Shown: positions 19,226-29,994, counted from the first letter of the stretch. The stretch is 63,571 bases of DNA from an uncultured Clostridia bacterium (GCA_945929845.1 CAMEON010000005.1:1-63571), one strand, 5' to 3'. Notes: generated from the letters alone by a model not told the origin. A program made the numbers and translations.

Positions 19226-22200
19226 TCAGATCATATGCTTGATATACCGCAGCTTCAGCCGGGTGGGGAGCGGAATATACCGCTTCAACTCACGGCGCAG
19301 GCAGACATAGCAGGTGGCCACTTCTTTCATTTGGGCAACCGTCATGCCATGGCCAAATTCCTCGGCGGCGATGGCCTCCATGACCAGATGCAGATCAGGC
19401 AGGCTCATGTCGTCGTCACGGGGGGACTGCTTTGCACCGTCCCCGGTAAGCTCTTCGGTCAGCCGGTCAGCATAGGCATCCCGGAATTCGCCGGGTTGCG
19501 GCGACAGGCCGTACAGGGAGAGCAGGTTGATCACTGCGTCCGACAGCTCCAGTGCCATCTCCCGGCGATCCTGCTCGCTGGTGTGCTCGCCGAAGTGGCT
19601 GTCCAGCACCTGGGATACCAGGCTCTGTCGGTGCGCCTCGGCTTCCCGGGCACGCCTTACAATGAAGGACAGGATCAGGATCACCGCACCTAGCCCTACC
19701 AGGATGAGAAGGCCAATGCCGGTGGTGCGCAGAACCCCGGCGGAGTCGTCGTCGCCGGTCTCGTCTTCGGTCTCGTTCCCATCGCCGGTTTCCGGGATGT
19801 CGGTCTCCACAGGCTGGCTCTCGTCGCCATCCCTGTCGTCGGTCTCGGTTTCCACCGGCGGCTGAATGGGGATGTCAGGCAGTGTCCCGCCGATACCCTG
19901 GGAGCCGTACATGGCGGTGTAGTAGGCGGGCGTGGTCTCGTACGGTACCCAGCCGATGCCGTCAAAGTACACCTCCACCCATGCGTGAGCCTGATAGTCG
20001 TGGACATACCCGCCATACACGAAGTCTGTGCTGGACAGCTTGGTCAGGTCGCTGGCGATGTACCCCTCCACATACCGAGCGGGGATGCCGTACTCACGCA
20101 GGATCAGAGCCACCGCCGAGGCAAACTGCACACAGTAGCCCTCCTTGGTGTTGAAGAGGAAATTCTCCACGCCGTCCATCGTAGGATCCACCGAGGACAG
20201 ATCCGGCGTGATGGTGTAGGAACAGCCCATGGTGCCGATGATGTAGTCGATGACCTGCCGCACCAGCTGGTTTCGCTGTACCGTTGCATCGGCAAACGCC
20301 GCATTGCGGACGCTGGCCATCGGGAGTGAGGTCTGTGCGGCGATGGTGTCGGCCAGCTCGGCAATGGCGGCACTGCCTCCCACCTGGGTGTAGGTGCGGT
20401 AGACGAAGTCGCTGTAATCCCAGTCCAGTGCCAGGCTGTCAAGGAGGGCGGTGCGCTCTGTGTCGGTCATGGTACGCTCGTACTGGTAGAACAGCGGGTC
20501 GCTGGCGGTGGGGGACATACTGGATATATACACGCTGTACACCCGCCCCCCGTTGACGCCGATGGACAAGCCGCCGTAGGCGGTACTTACGGTATAACCG
20601 TTTTTGATCTTCTTCACCAGGTTGGTGTCGTGGTAGAAACGGAAAATACGCTCCCCGTCCGTGCCCTTGTAGGTGTAGGTGAACAGGGTGGTGCCGTCCT
20701 GATTGTCGTATACTGTCAGATTCAGCCGGCTGGGAGAGGAAGGATCGGCATTCACATCGCCGTCAGGCAGGTACGAGCGGATGAGCAGGGCTTCCTTTTC
20801 CAGGGTGTAGGCGGCAACCAGATTCCCAACATTCTCCGACCAATGTTCATTGATCATGACCGGGGCGTATGCCATGGAGGCGTAGGAGATGCCGTTGTCC
20901 TTGAAGCCCCGCCCGGTGCGGATGCCGTCAAAGTAGTTCACATAGGTCAGCTCGCTCTCCTCCATGGTGCCGTAGTCATACAGACTGAAGGTGGGAGCAA
21001 CGGTGGTGGGGAAGTAGCACAGGGAGGAAGGACTGTTCACCCGGCGGGCATGGAACAGCACATTGACAAAGCCGTACTCCAGATTGGACTTGTACCGGGT
21101 CAGAAGATTCTCGTTGTACTCCGGATCGTCCACCAGTTGACTCGCCATGCAGTGGTAGAAATTGTACCGCAATGTTTCAGAAGGGCTGTCGGAGGTGCCA
21201 AAGAGGGAGCGGTAGTCGGAGAAGGTCTCCTTGTCGGCGGCAGTCCAGCCGCCATCCACATAGTCGGTGCCGATCCATCCGGTCATGTAGTAGTTGGTGT
21301 TGTACCGGGCTTCCACATAGAATATCTGCCGCCCGGTGAACTGCAACTGTTCCAGCTCGGTGGAGCGGTCCTTGAAGTTGTCACTGTTGGCCTGATACTC
21401 CAGCTCATCCAGTGCCTGGTCGTCCCCCCGGAGAACCGCTGTCACATAGTCCCGGGCGAAGGCAACCTTCTCGTCGATGGCTTCGATAGTGGAGAAATTA
21501 CCCTTGATGAAGATGGCGGGCAGGGCCACGGCCAGGAGGCAGACCAGGCAGGCGGCGGCGGACACGAAGCCACCCATGGCCCGCCGGGCCTGTTCGGTGG
21601 TGCGGTCATACCGCCTGACGGCCCGCACCTGCTTCCGCTCCTCCCTGCGGTTGGCCACAGAGGCGGGATCCCCTGCGGTTTCCTTTGCGGCAATATTCTT
21701 TTTCGGTTTCGGCTTGCGCTTCTTCTTGTCTGTGAAGTAGTCGTTCAGCTCATCCTCCACCGTGACCGGTCTGTCCCGGTGCTTCTTCTCACGCCGGGCC
21801 TGACCCTTGGCTTCCTTGCGTGCCAGGCGGGCGGCCTCGGCTTCGGCATAGGAGGCAGGCAGGACGGGGCGGTCGCTGTCCTCAAACAGGCTCAGCTCGG
21901 TATCGTAGTGTTTGGTATCCTTGACCAGGTAGAGCCGGTCGTAGGCCGCCATGACCAGAATGGCGGCAAAGGAGGCAATGACCAGGGCAATGCCCAGGTT
22001 GGAGGAAATGCGGTTGGAGTAAATATTGAAGGTCAGGATGCACACCAGGCAGGAGGTGCAGACGATGGCAGGGGGGATCAGTCGCACACGGCGGACAAGG
22101 CAGAGGGTGAACAGGACGGAGAAGAGCAGGATCAAAAGGCTGATGCCGTACCTCAGAAGCTCTCCGGTGGGGGTGGCAGACGGAATGGGCACCTCGTACT

Positions 22201-22687
22201 GTATGTAGGTAAGGTAGCCCACCCGGTAGAGCCGCTCCAGACAGCCGTTGAACAGAGCCAGTACGCCATAGAGAAGATCCTGCCCCAGCCGGGGCACTGT
22301 GACCAGCCTCCAGATAAACAGGGAGGCACCGGCGGCCAGAGCGATGAGGGACTGGATGCGCCCGTAGCAGAAAAGGGCACACAGGGAGACCGTCAGGAGG
22401 GAGAAGCCGAAGATGTAGCTGTTGGACACGCCGTATTCCAGGGCGCTGGACAGGAAGATGGTCAGCCCCGCCACGGCGGCCCAGATGACCAGTGCCCGGC
22501 AGATATAGCCGCCTATCCGGAAGGCCGGGTGCCGGCCGGCCTTGTCCGGCGGGCAGATGAGAGGACGCTTGTGTATGGGGAGCAGGGCACGCTTGGCCTG
22601 CTTCTTTTCCCGGCGGCGCTGGGCACGGGTCTTTTTGGGTGGGGTGCCGGGTGGCACCGGGCGGTCTTGCTTTTTCTTCTTACTCAT
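19226..22687 (-). CDS. Transglutaminase-like domain multi-pass membrane protein (TgpA-like)
   Basis: N-terminal TM helices; EGYCVQFAS, GIPARYVEGY, AHAWVEVYFDGIGWVPYETTP; acidic linker followed by a TM helix. Confidence 0.85.
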   Translation of the reverse strand: MSKKKKQDRPVPPGTPPKKTRAQRRREKKQAKRALLPIHKRPLICPPDKAGRHPAFRIGGYICRALVIWAAVAGLTIFLSSALEYGVSNSYIFGFSLLTVSLCALFCYGRIQSLIALAAGASLFIWRLVTVPRLGQDLLYGVLALFNGCLERLYRVGYLTYIQYEVPIPSATPTGELLRYGISLLILLFSVLFTLCLVRRVRLIPPAIVCTSCLVCILTFNIYSNRISSNLGIALVIASFAAILVMAAYDRLYLVKDTKHYDTELSLFEDSDRPVLPASYAEAEAARLARKEAKGQARREKKHRDRPVTVEDELNDYFTDKKKRKPKPKKNIAAKETAGDPASVANRREERKQVRAVRRYDRTTEQARRAMGGFVSAAACLVCLLAVALPAIFIKGNFSTIEAIDEKVAFARDYVTAVLRGDDQALDELEYQANSDNFKDRSTELEQLQFTGRQIFYVEARYNTNYYMTGWIGTDYVDGGWTAADKETFSDYRSLFGTSDSPSETLRYNFYHCMASQLVDDPEYNENLLTRYKSNLEYGFVNVLFHARRVNSPSSLCYFPTTVAPTFSLYDYGTMEESELTYVNYFDGIRTGRGFKDNGISYASMAYAPVMINEHWSENVGNLVAAYTLEKEALLIRSYLPDGDVNADPSSPSRLNLTVYDNQDGTTLFTYTYKGTDGERIFRFYHDTNLVKKIKNGYTVSTAYGGLSIGVNGGRVYSVYISSMSPTASDPLFYQYERTMTDTERTALLDSLALDWDYSDFVYRTYTQVGGSAAIAELADTIAAQTSLPMASVRNAAFADATVQRNQLVRQVIDYIIGTMGCSYTITPDLSSVDPTMDGVENFLFNTKEGYCVQFASAVALILREYGIPARYVEGYIASDLTKLSSTDFVYGGYVHDYQAHAWVEVYFDGIGWVPYETTPAYYTAMYGSQGIGGTLPDIPIQPPVETETDDRDGDESQPVETDIPETGDGNETEDETGDDDSAGVLRTTGIGLLILVGLGAVILILSFIVRRAREAEAHRQSLVSQVLDSHFGEHTSEQDRREMALELSDAVINLLSLYGLSPQPGEFRDAYADRLTEELTGDGAKQSPRDDDMSLPDLHLVMEAIAAEEFGHGMTVAQMKEVATCYVCLRRELKRYIPLPTRLKLRYIKHMI

Positions 22688-25235
22688 GTGTGTTTCCTCC
22701 CTCCTGCGGGGCGGCGGATGGGTCGCCGAGGGTGCCGCTGATCATCAGGGACATGCCGCTGACAGAAAGCTGTTCCCGGCAACTCTCCAGATAGGAGGCA
22801 CGCTCCTTCGGGTAGCGGTACCGCTCCTCCGGATTGTACAGCAGTACCTCTGCCGAGCCGAAGCCTACAGCGTCCGAAAGGCCGGGCAGGTCGGTCAGGG
22901 AGGACAGCATATCCTGATCCAGGGTGGGCACCACGAAGAGCTGTTTGGCACTCTCGGTGTCGCCTACCATGGCGGTGAGCCGGGTGACAGACTGCTCCGG
23001 GGCGCACAGGGGCGCAGTGCCGAACAGGTGGTAGATGCGCTCAAACTCATCCACCCCCCGCAGGGGATAGGCGAAGAATCCGGTATCGGAGCGGCGGTCG
23101 AACCAGAGCAACAGCACCTCATGCCCCACATGGAGCTCGGCCAGCACACTGGCAATGGCCAACTCCACCACACCGTCGGCCAGATACTCGTTCATATCCT
23201 CATACAAGGCCGGGGTAGCCAGCTCATGGACATTCAGTGCCGGAGCAGGAGCGGATGAACTGGCTTCCGGGGCTTTTGCTGTAGACTCGCCGGAGAGGAT
23301 CCGGGCAGCGGTGGCCCGGTCAGACAGCCGCCGGTTCAATTCCTCGTCGGAAATGGCCCGGGTCTCCGGTGTCTCGCCGGAGCGGCGGCTGGCGAAGGCC
23401 TGCTGATCCAGCATCTGCTTCTTCAGGGCGGCACGCTCCTTGCGGGAGAGCCTCTTCTTTTTTTCTTTCCCGGCGGTGGTTTGGGCATTCGATCCGGCTG
23501 TGTCGGCACTTTCCCCGGCAGTTTCATCCTTGGGTGGCTGATCCGGGAAGTGGGCAGCCAGATCGCAGAATACGATGGTCTGATTGGAGGTACCGGTGTT
23601 GTACTCCTTGACCATGAAGGTCTCTGCCTTGGAGGACAGCTTCCAGTGGATGCTCTTGAGGGGGTCTCCGGCCCGGTACTCCCGGATGTCGCTGACCTCC
23701 AGCTTGTCCACCACCAGCGGGGAGAGCACCGTGCGGGCGGTGGAGTCGGACACGGACTGGGCCAGCATCTCGTCCACAGACAGGCGGCGGGGGAGCACAT
23801 ACACCGTGGTGGTGCTTTCGATGGGCACCTGCACCCGGAACAGGCGGAAGAAGTCATACACATAGAAGCACCGTACCCCGATGTCATAGGTGCCCCGGAA
23901 ACGGAAGCGCACGGTGTTCTTCATGTGGTAGCCGGACAGGGGAGCCATGGCAAGCCGCACCATCCGCTCCGTACAGCGGACACCGTTGGACTGGGGGATG
24001 GAGACCATGGCCTCAATAAAGGGAAAGGCCAGGGGAGCGTGGTTTTCCAGCCGGAACTCATAGGTGTAGGGGGTGTCCTTCCCGGTGGTGGCGGTGTCGG
24101 ACAGCATACTGACAGACAGGGCGACCCTGGCGACCAGCGTGTACAGTAGGAGCAGAACGGGCAGGATCAGCATGAACCAGAAGAAAATGTGGGACACCTT
24201 GGAGAGCAGTGCCTGGGTGAAGATGAGGGACAGAGCCAGCAGGGCAAGGTAAGCGGGAAAGCGGGAGGTGCAGACCACCGTCCGATCCTCCCGGTTTCGC
24301 TTTCCCTTCCGGTGCGCCTTTCCACCCCGGATCCGGCGCAAGACCCGGCCTGCAAGCCGGGACAGAAGCACCACGGGGCGGGACAGCAACCAGGGGAGGG
24401 AATGCTCCCCGGTCTGTCCGGCGTTCTCCTCGGCCTGCCGGAACACCGCCAGGTAAAGGTACAGAACAGCCGCAGTGAGAAGGACAGCCACAAACAGGAG
24501 CAGGATGGGTGCCACAGCCCCTACCGCATAGGTGACTGTATTTTCCACCGCCTCTGCCGCATCGGCGGGAGGCCAGGCGGTGGCGGCGGCTTTTCCGATG
24601 ACCAGCCGGATCACGATGTCCAGAGCCAGCGTCAAAAGGGAGCCGCCCAGCGTCACGAAGGTCAGCGGGAGCAGGCGGCGGGCGGTGGTTCTGCCCATCT
24701 GCCGCAGGTTGGACAGGAGCAGGACAAGGGACAGGAACAGCCCGGCCAGCACCACCAGCCAGCCGATGCCCATCCCGTACAGGGCAAAGCGCAATCCGGT
24801 GGACACCCCGGACAGCTCAGACAGGGAAAGAAGCCCGGTCAGGGCTTGCGGGTGTGCGCCCAGGAAAAAACCGGCCAGCGAAAAGCCGGATGCCTTCCAT
24901 TCCGTGGTCAGGGGAGAGGGCGTGGCGGTGCGGGTCAGGGAGAAGGAAAGGGAGGGCAGGGCGCAGAGGATCACGGCCAGGAGGGTACAAAGGAGCAGGA
25001 CAGCGCAAAGGGTTGGCCTTGCGTGTTTCTTCATCCGCTGAAGAAGGACAGGCGCAGAACGCCTGCGCTTGCGGACAAAGGAGTGACCGCACCCGGGGCA
25101 GGCCTTGGTGCCCAGGGGCAGAACCTTCCGACAGTCAGGACAGCGGACACCCAGCGTGGTGCCACAGCCCATGCAGTAGGTCCTGTCGGCGGGCACATAC
25201 TTCCCGCACTGGGGGCATTGCTTCATAGGTTCCAT
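22680..25235 (-). CDS. DUF58-family protein with N-terminal double zinc ribbon and TM region
   Basis: CPQC..CMGC..CPDC..CPGC; RFRGTY; IREYRAGDPLKSIHWKLSSK...VKEY; adjacent to MoxR. Confidence 0.8.
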   Translation of the reverse strand: MEPMKQCPQCGKYVPADRTYCMGCGTTLGVRCPDCRKVLPLGTKACPGCGHSFVRKRRRSAPVLLQRMKKHARPTLCAVLLLCTLLAVILCALPSLSFSLTRTATPSPLTTEWKASGFSLAGFFLGAHPQALTGLLSLSELSGVSTGLRFALYGMGIGWLVVLAGLFLSLVLLLSNLRQMGRTTARRLLPLTFVTLGGSLLTLALDIVIRLVIGKAAATAWPPADAAEAVENTVTYAVGAVAPILLLFVAVLLTAAVLYLYLAVFRQAEENAGQTGEHSLPWLLSRPVVLLSRLAGRVLRRIRGGKAHRKGKRNREDRTVVCTSRFPAYLALLALSLIFTQALLSKVSHIFFWFMLILPVLLLLYTLVARVALSVSMLSDTATTGKDTPYTYEFRLENHAPLAFPFIEAMVSIPQSNGVRCTERMVRLAMAPLSGYHMKNTVRFRFRGTYDIGVRCFYVYDFFRLFRVQVPIESTTTVYVLPRRLSVDEMLAQSVSDSTARTVLSPLVVDKLEVSDIREYRAGDPLKSIHWKLSSKAETFMVKEYNTGTSNQTIVFCDLAAHFPDQPPKDETAGESADTAGSNAQTTAGKEKKKRLSRKERAALKKQMLDQQAFASRRSGETPETRAISDEELNRRLSDRATAARILSGESTAKAPEASSSAPAPALNVHELATPALYEDMNEYLADGVVELAIASVLAELHVGHEVLLLWFDRRSDTGFFAYPLRGVDEFERIYHLFGTAPLCAPEQSVTRLTAMVGDTESAKQLFVVPTLDQDMLSSLTDLPGLSDAVGFGSAEVLLYNPEERYRYPKERASYLESCREQLSVSGMSLMISGTLGDPSAAPQEGGNTHE

Positions 25236-25253
25236 TCTGCGTGCTCCGTCTGA

Positions 25254-26312
25254 TCATGCCTTGGCGGCATCGTGCTTGCCCTTGTAGGGAACCTCGGTGG
25301 TGCGCAGTATGTCGCTCAGCACCTCCATGTTGGTCTTATGGGTCAGCTTGGCCTCCTGGCGGAGCATGAGACGGTGGGCGATAGCCGGACGGAACAGAGC
25401 GGCAATATCGTCGGGGGTCACATAGTCACGGCCGTGCAGGAAGGCGTAGGCCTGCGCCAGATGTACCAGTGCCACCGACGCACGGGGGGAGGCTCCCAGA
25501 GACAGTGAGGGGTGGCGGCGGGTGGCGGTGATCAGGGTGACGATGTAGGTGTACAGCGCATCATCTATGTGGATGCTGCCTACGAGTTGGCGTACCTGCC
25601 GCAGCTCCTCCATGCTCAGCACCTCGGACACATGGGACAGGGGATTGTCCGTCTTCCGGGCCTTGATGATGGAGACCTCCTCCGCCGGGGAGGGGTACCC
25701 CATGCTGATCTTCAGGGCGAAGCGGTCAAGCTGGGCCTCGGGCAGGGGATAGGTGCCCACATATCCGGCCGGGTTCTGGGTGGCGATGACCATGAAAGGA
25801 TCCGGCACCGGCATGGTGTTGCCGTCCACCGTGACCTTGCCCTCCTCCATGGCCTCCAGAAGGGCGGACTGGGTCTTGGGCGAGGCACGGTTGATCTCAT
25901 CCGCCAGCAGGAGGTTGCACATGACCAGCCCCTCCCGGAACTCAAACTGCTCCTTCTGACGGTTGTACACAGGGAAGCCCGTGATGTCGGAAGCCATGAC
26001 ATCGGGGGTGAACTGGGCACGGCGGAAGTTCAGGCCGGTCACTTTGGCCAACGCACAGGCCAGGGTGGTCTTACCGGTGCCCGGCACATCCTCGATCAGC
26101 ACATGGGAGCCGGCCAGCATGGCAGTCAGGAGCAGGATCACTTCCGTGCGCTTACCGACCACGACCTTTTCCACCTCATCGGCGGCGGCCGTCATTTTCC
26201 TGTAGGCGGCATTCATTTCGGGGGACAGGAGGGACTGATTTTTGTCGCCGGATCCTTCGCTGACAGTTTCAGGAACAGCCGTAAGCACGGCGTTGTTGCT
26301 TTCTGTATTCAT
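25254..26312 (-). CDS. MoxR-family AAA+ ATPase
   Basis: HVLIEDVPGTGKT, QFTPDVMASD, LLADEINRASPKTQSALLEAMEE, ATQNP, LPEAQLDRF, GASPRA. Confidence 0.93.
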   Translation of the reverse strand: MNTESNNAVLTAVPETVSEGSGDKNQSLLSPEMNAAYRKMTAAADEVEKVVVGKRTEVILLLTAMLAGSHVLIEDVPGTGKTTLACALAKVTGLNFRRAQFTPDVMASDITGFPVYNRQKEQFEFREGLVMCNLLLADEINRASPKTQSALLEAMEEGKVTVDGNTMPVPDPFMVIATQNPAGYVGTYPLPEAQLDRFALKISMGYPSPAEEVSIIKARKTDNPLSHVSEVLSMEELRQVRQLVGSIHIDDALYTYIVTLITATRRHPSLSLGASPRASVALVHLAQAYAFLHGRDYVTPDDIAALFRPAIAHRLMLRQEAKLTHKTNMEVLSDILRTTEVPYKGKHDAAKA

Positions 26313-26463
26313 GGCACGACATCCTTTCTCTTTGTGCGTATCGGTCGCAAAAACTCGCCCGCTCATTATACCATACTCCGCCCGGTTTAGCAAGACTTAC
26401 CGGAAGGCTTTTTGAAATTTTCCGCCGCTTTGTGAAAAATGTTTACATTTTCATTACATCCCG

Positions 26464-26492
26464 TTGACAAACATCCACTGACATGGTATAAT
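26464..26492 (+). promoter_or_regulatory. Consensus SigA promoter with extended -10
   Basis: TTGACA-N17-TATAAT with TG upstream of the -10. Confidence 0.8.
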
Positions 26493-26558
26493 GTAGATGC
26501 GATGTGTCAGACTGCCAAGGTGCTGGCAGATACTTCGGAGCAGGAGGACGGTTGTGTC

Positions 26559-28073
26559 ATGAAGAAAAGATGGAGAATTCTGTCGTCTGTGCTGGCCTGC
26601 CTGATGCTGACAGGCTCCCTTGTCGCCTGTGGCAACAACACGGAAGGCTCTACGGACACTTTGACCAACAGCACGGTGTCGGAGGTGGAGACCCAGGAGC
26701 TGAAGGACTGGTTGCCGGATGATCTGAACTACAACGGGGATGAGATCACCATCATCAGCCGGTACCGGGAAGGCTGGACCTCCGGCGAGATCAGCGTGGA
26801 GAAAAGCAATGGCGAGCCGGTCAATGATGCCGTGTATGAGCGGAATCTGGTGGTACAGGATCGACTGGGCGTCGTCATTACAAGTATTGAGGATAAGAAC
26901 GCCGACCAGAACACCGTGGTCAACCTGGTGAAGAAGGCAGTGCAAACCGAAAGTGATGAGTATGATATTCTGGCCTGCGCCTGCTACCTCATGCTCAATG
27001 AGAGCCTGAGCGGCACCTTTGCCAACCTGCGGAATGCGGAGTATCTGGACTTCAGCAAGCCCTGGTGGTCTCAGGGCTTCAATGAAGTGGTGGAGTACCA
27101 GGGCCTGCAGTACGGCGTGACCGGTGCGGCCCTCCTGTCCATGTACCGCTTTGCCTTTGTCACGCTGTTCAATAAGCGGCTGTTCGACGAGGCGGGCATC
27201 AGCTACCCGTATGACAATGTGCGGAACGGCTCCTGGACGCTGGACTATCAGACCAGCATCCTGACCACCTTCCACCGGGATAACGGGAACGGCACACAGG
27301 ACACCGTCGGCGATGTGTACGGCTTGACCACCGGCTCCTACATCAGTGTGGATCCGTACTGGAGCGCCTGCGATGTGCCCATCCTGGCCAAGGACGAGTA
27401 CGGCGAGTATCAGTTTGTGTTCGATATGGAACGCCTGCATTCCGTCTGTGATAAGCTGATGACCATGTTCTATGGCAGTGACAATGCCACCTATGTGTGG
27501 CCGAACGGCGCACTGGACGCCGAGCAGGAGGACATCCGGGATATGTTTGCCGACGGGAACGCCGCCATGGCTACCATGCGCCTGCTGGAACTGGAATCCG
27601 CTGTGATGCGGGACATGCGCGATGAGTATGGTGTATTGCCCATGCCCAAGTTCGACGAGACACAGACCCAGTATAAGACACTGCTCCACGACCAGTTTAC
27701 CGTGCTGGCTGTGCCGACAACCATTGGTGACGACCGACTGACGGAGTTGAGTGCCGTCATGGAGGCTTTGGGCAGTGAGAGCTACAAGCGGGTGAAGCCG
27801 GCCTACTACGACACCACCCTGCGGGCCAAGCTGGTCAAGGATCCGGATTCTGTCGAGATGATGGATATCATATTTGACAATGTCTACATTGATGCGGGCA
27901 TCATTTACACTTCCGCCCTGTCCAGCTTCCATGACGCATTCCGGGGCATCATGACAAACAAGGACAAGGGCAATACTGTCACCTCGACCTATAAAACAAC
28001 GGCAAAACAGGCGCAGACTGCCCTGAACCGTATGGCAAAGAAACTGAATAAGCTGGTGGAGAAGGACGGGTGA
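26559..28073 (+). CDS. Extracellular solute-binding lipoprotein (carbohydrate SBP-like, orphan)
   Basis: MKKRWR... lipobox LVAC; NDAVYERN, LDFSKPWW, YGVLPMPKFDE. Confidence 0.8.
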   Translation: MKKRWRILSSVLACLMLTGSLVACGNNTEGSTDTLTNSTVSEVETQELKDWLPDDLNYNGDEITIISRYREGWTSGEISVEKSNGEPVNDAVYERNLVVQDRLGVVITSIEDKNADQNTVVNLVKKAVQTESDEYDILACACYLMLNESLSGTFANLRNAEYLDFSKPWWSQGFNEVVEYQGLQYGVTGAALLSMYRFAFVTLFNKRLFDEAGISYPYDNVRNGSWTLDYQTSILTTFHRDNGNGTQDTVGDVYGLTTGSYISVDPYWSACDVPILAKDEYGEYQFVFDMERLHSVCDKLMTMFYGSDNATYVWPNGALDAEQEDIRDMFADGNAAMATMRLLELESAVMRDMRDEYGVLPMPKFDETQTQYKTLLHDQFTVLAVPTTIGDDRLTELSAVMEALGSESYKRVKPAYYDTTLRAKLVKDPDSVEMMDIIFDNVYIDAGIIYTSALSSFHDAFRGIMTNKDKGNTVTSTYKTTAKQAQTALNRMAKKLNKLVEKDG

Positions 28074-28148
28074 GCCATCACCCATCCCCGCTTTCGTACC
28101 CTGTAGCCGGAAAAGGCAGACACAGATAATCATAAGGAGAGTTTTTTC

Positions 28149-28727
28149 ATGAAACTGATGGAAGACCGCATCCGTAAGGATGGCATTATTGAAAACGGGG
28201 ATGTGTTGAAGGTGGGGAGCTTCCTCAACCAACAGATCGATGTGGACTTTATCCGGACATGCGGGCAGGAATTCTACCGCCTGTTCGGCGGTGAGCAGTC
28301 GGGGGTGACAAAGATCCTGACCGTGGAGGCCTCCGGTATCGGTCTTGCCTGCCTGTGCGCCATCCCCTTCGGCGTGCCGGTGGTCTTCGCCAAGAAGTCA
28401 AAGTCCAACAATATCAGCGGGGAGGTCTACACGGCCCCGGTGTACTCCTTCACTCACGGGACGACATACACCGTCATGATTCCCAAGTCCCTCCTGTCCC
28501 CCGGGGACAGGGTGCTGTTCATCGACGACTTCCTGGCTCGGGGTGCCGCCCTGGAGGGGCTTGCGGACATATGCCATGCGGCAGGAGCCACCGTGGTGGG
28601 CGCAGGCATCTTTGTAGAGAAAACATACCAGGGCGGCGGCGAGGCCCTGCGGAAGCGGGGCATCCGGGTGGAGTCCCTGGCCCGCATCCGCTCCATGAGC
28701 CCGGAGGAAGGGGTGCAGTTCTGCTGA
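28149..28727 (+). CDS. xpt: Xanthine phosphoribosyltransferase
   Basis: LKVGSFLNQQID, KILTVEASGI, VFAKK, VLFIDDFLARG, EKTYQGG. Confidence 0.92.
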   Translation: MKLMEDRIRKDGIIENGDVLKVGSFLNQQIDVDFIRTCGQEFYRLFGGEQSGVTKILTVEASGIGLACLCAIPFGVPVVFAKKSKSNNISGEVYTAPVYSFTHGTTYTVMIPKSLLSPGDRVLFIDDFLARGAALEGLADICHAAGATVVGAGIFVEKTYQGGGEALRKRGIRVESLARIRSMSPEEGVQFC

Positions 28728-28932
28728 GCGGGACTGGTGAAAAAAACGGGTGCACAGAGGGGTGCATCCGCTTTCAGTCTGTATGACTTTCGTGATAGTC
28801 AGGGCATTTCAGAGAGGAGAAACTCTTTCTGTACATATACTTTCGGAGGGAACCAGAACCGGTTCCCTCCTTTCGATTCCCGCACGCATGAACGGCACAG
28901 GCTACGGCGCAGGGGCTTTCGGTCAGACTTGC

Positions 28933-29898
28933 TCACGCCTCCATGATTGCCAGAACCCGTTTCAGCTTCTCCCGCACCCTTTCTTCGGCGGGGACGAGAG
29001 GCAGGCGCAGGGCATCCTGGCACAGACCCAGCATGGAAAGCGCCGCCTTGACCGGAATGGGATTGACATCGGCAAACAGCGCATCGCACAGCGGAAGCAG
29101 CTCTGCCTGGATCCGGGTCGCCGTGGCGGTGTCTCCCTCCCGAAAGGCCTGGCACATCCGGCTGACCTTCCCCGGGTACAGGTTGGACACCACGGAGATG
29201 ACACCCCGGCCGCCCAAGGACATAAGGGGAACGGTCATGTCATCGTTGCCGGAATACAGGGGCAGACTGTCTCCGCAAAGCCCCGCCACACGGGCGGCGA
29301 AATCCACCTGCCCGGAGGCCTCCTTCAGCCCGACGATCCGGGGGTGGGCGGCAAGAGCCGCACAGACCTCCACCGGCAGGCGGCATCCGGTGCGGGAGGG
29401 CACATGGTACAGGATGATGGGAAGGGAAACGGCATCGGCAATGGCGGTGTAGTGCGCCACCAGCCCGGCGGGGGATGCCTTGTTGTAGTAGGGCGTGACC
29501 ACCAACAGCCCGTCACAGCCCACCTTCTCCGCCATCCGGGACAGGGCGATGGCCCGGAGCGTGTTGTTGCTCCCGGTGCCGGCAATGACCGGGATGGACT
29601 TCTGCATTGCCTTGCCGTCAGCACCGGCATCTCCCCGCCGGGCGGCCCTGGCCTCGGACACGGCGATGGAGAACAGATTCCTCTTTTCCTCATCGGTCAG
29701 GGTAGGGGATTCCCCGGTGGTGCCGCACACGATCAGCGCATCGGCTCCCCCGGCTATCTGACGGCGCACCAGGCGGGTGAATGCTTCATAATCCACGGCA
29801 GGGGGCGTGTAGTCGCCGCCGGAGGCCGGGGATGACTTCATGGGGGTCACAAGGGCAGTGCCACAGCCCTCAAACAGGAGCGGATGGGTATGTTCCAT
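28933..29898 (-). CDS. dapA: 4-hydroxy-tetrahydrodipicolinate synthase
   Basis: TALVTP, CGTTGESPTL, AGTGSNNT, VVTPYYNK, LYHVPSRTG, GLKEASG, NPIPVK. Confidence 0.93.
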   Translation of the reverse strand: MEHTHPLLFEGCGTALVTPMKSSPASGGDYTPPAVDYEAFTRLVRRQIAGGADALIVCGTTGESPTLTDEEKRNLFSIAVSEARAARRGDAGADGKAMQKSIPVIAGTGSNNTLRAIALSRMAEKVGCDGLLVVTPYYNKASPAGLVAHYTAIADAVSLPIILYHVPSRTGCRLPVEVCAALAAHPRIVGLKEASGQVDFAARVAGLCGDSLPLYSGNDDMTVPLMSLGGRGVISVVSNLYPGKVSRMCQAFREGDTATATRIQAELLPLCDALFADVNPIPVKAALSMLGLCQDALRLPLVPAEERVREKLKRVLAIMEA

Positions 29899-29994
29899 AT
29901 CCTATTGACCGTAGCCTGCGCTTTGCGTAGGCTTCCTTTCATGGAAATGTTCGTCAGACAAGGGGCGGACTTCCGGGGCTTTCTGATATCCTGG

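Noticed and set aside
28074-28148. Purine riboswitch upstream of xpt
   Set aside because: Spacer is short and lacks the conserved core
29899-29960. Possible c-di-GMP-I or lysine riboswitch upstream of dapA (minus strand: gaaa...acgcaaagcgcaggcta)
   Set aside because: Explained by a simple hairpin; the other conserved elements of either riboswitch are not visible
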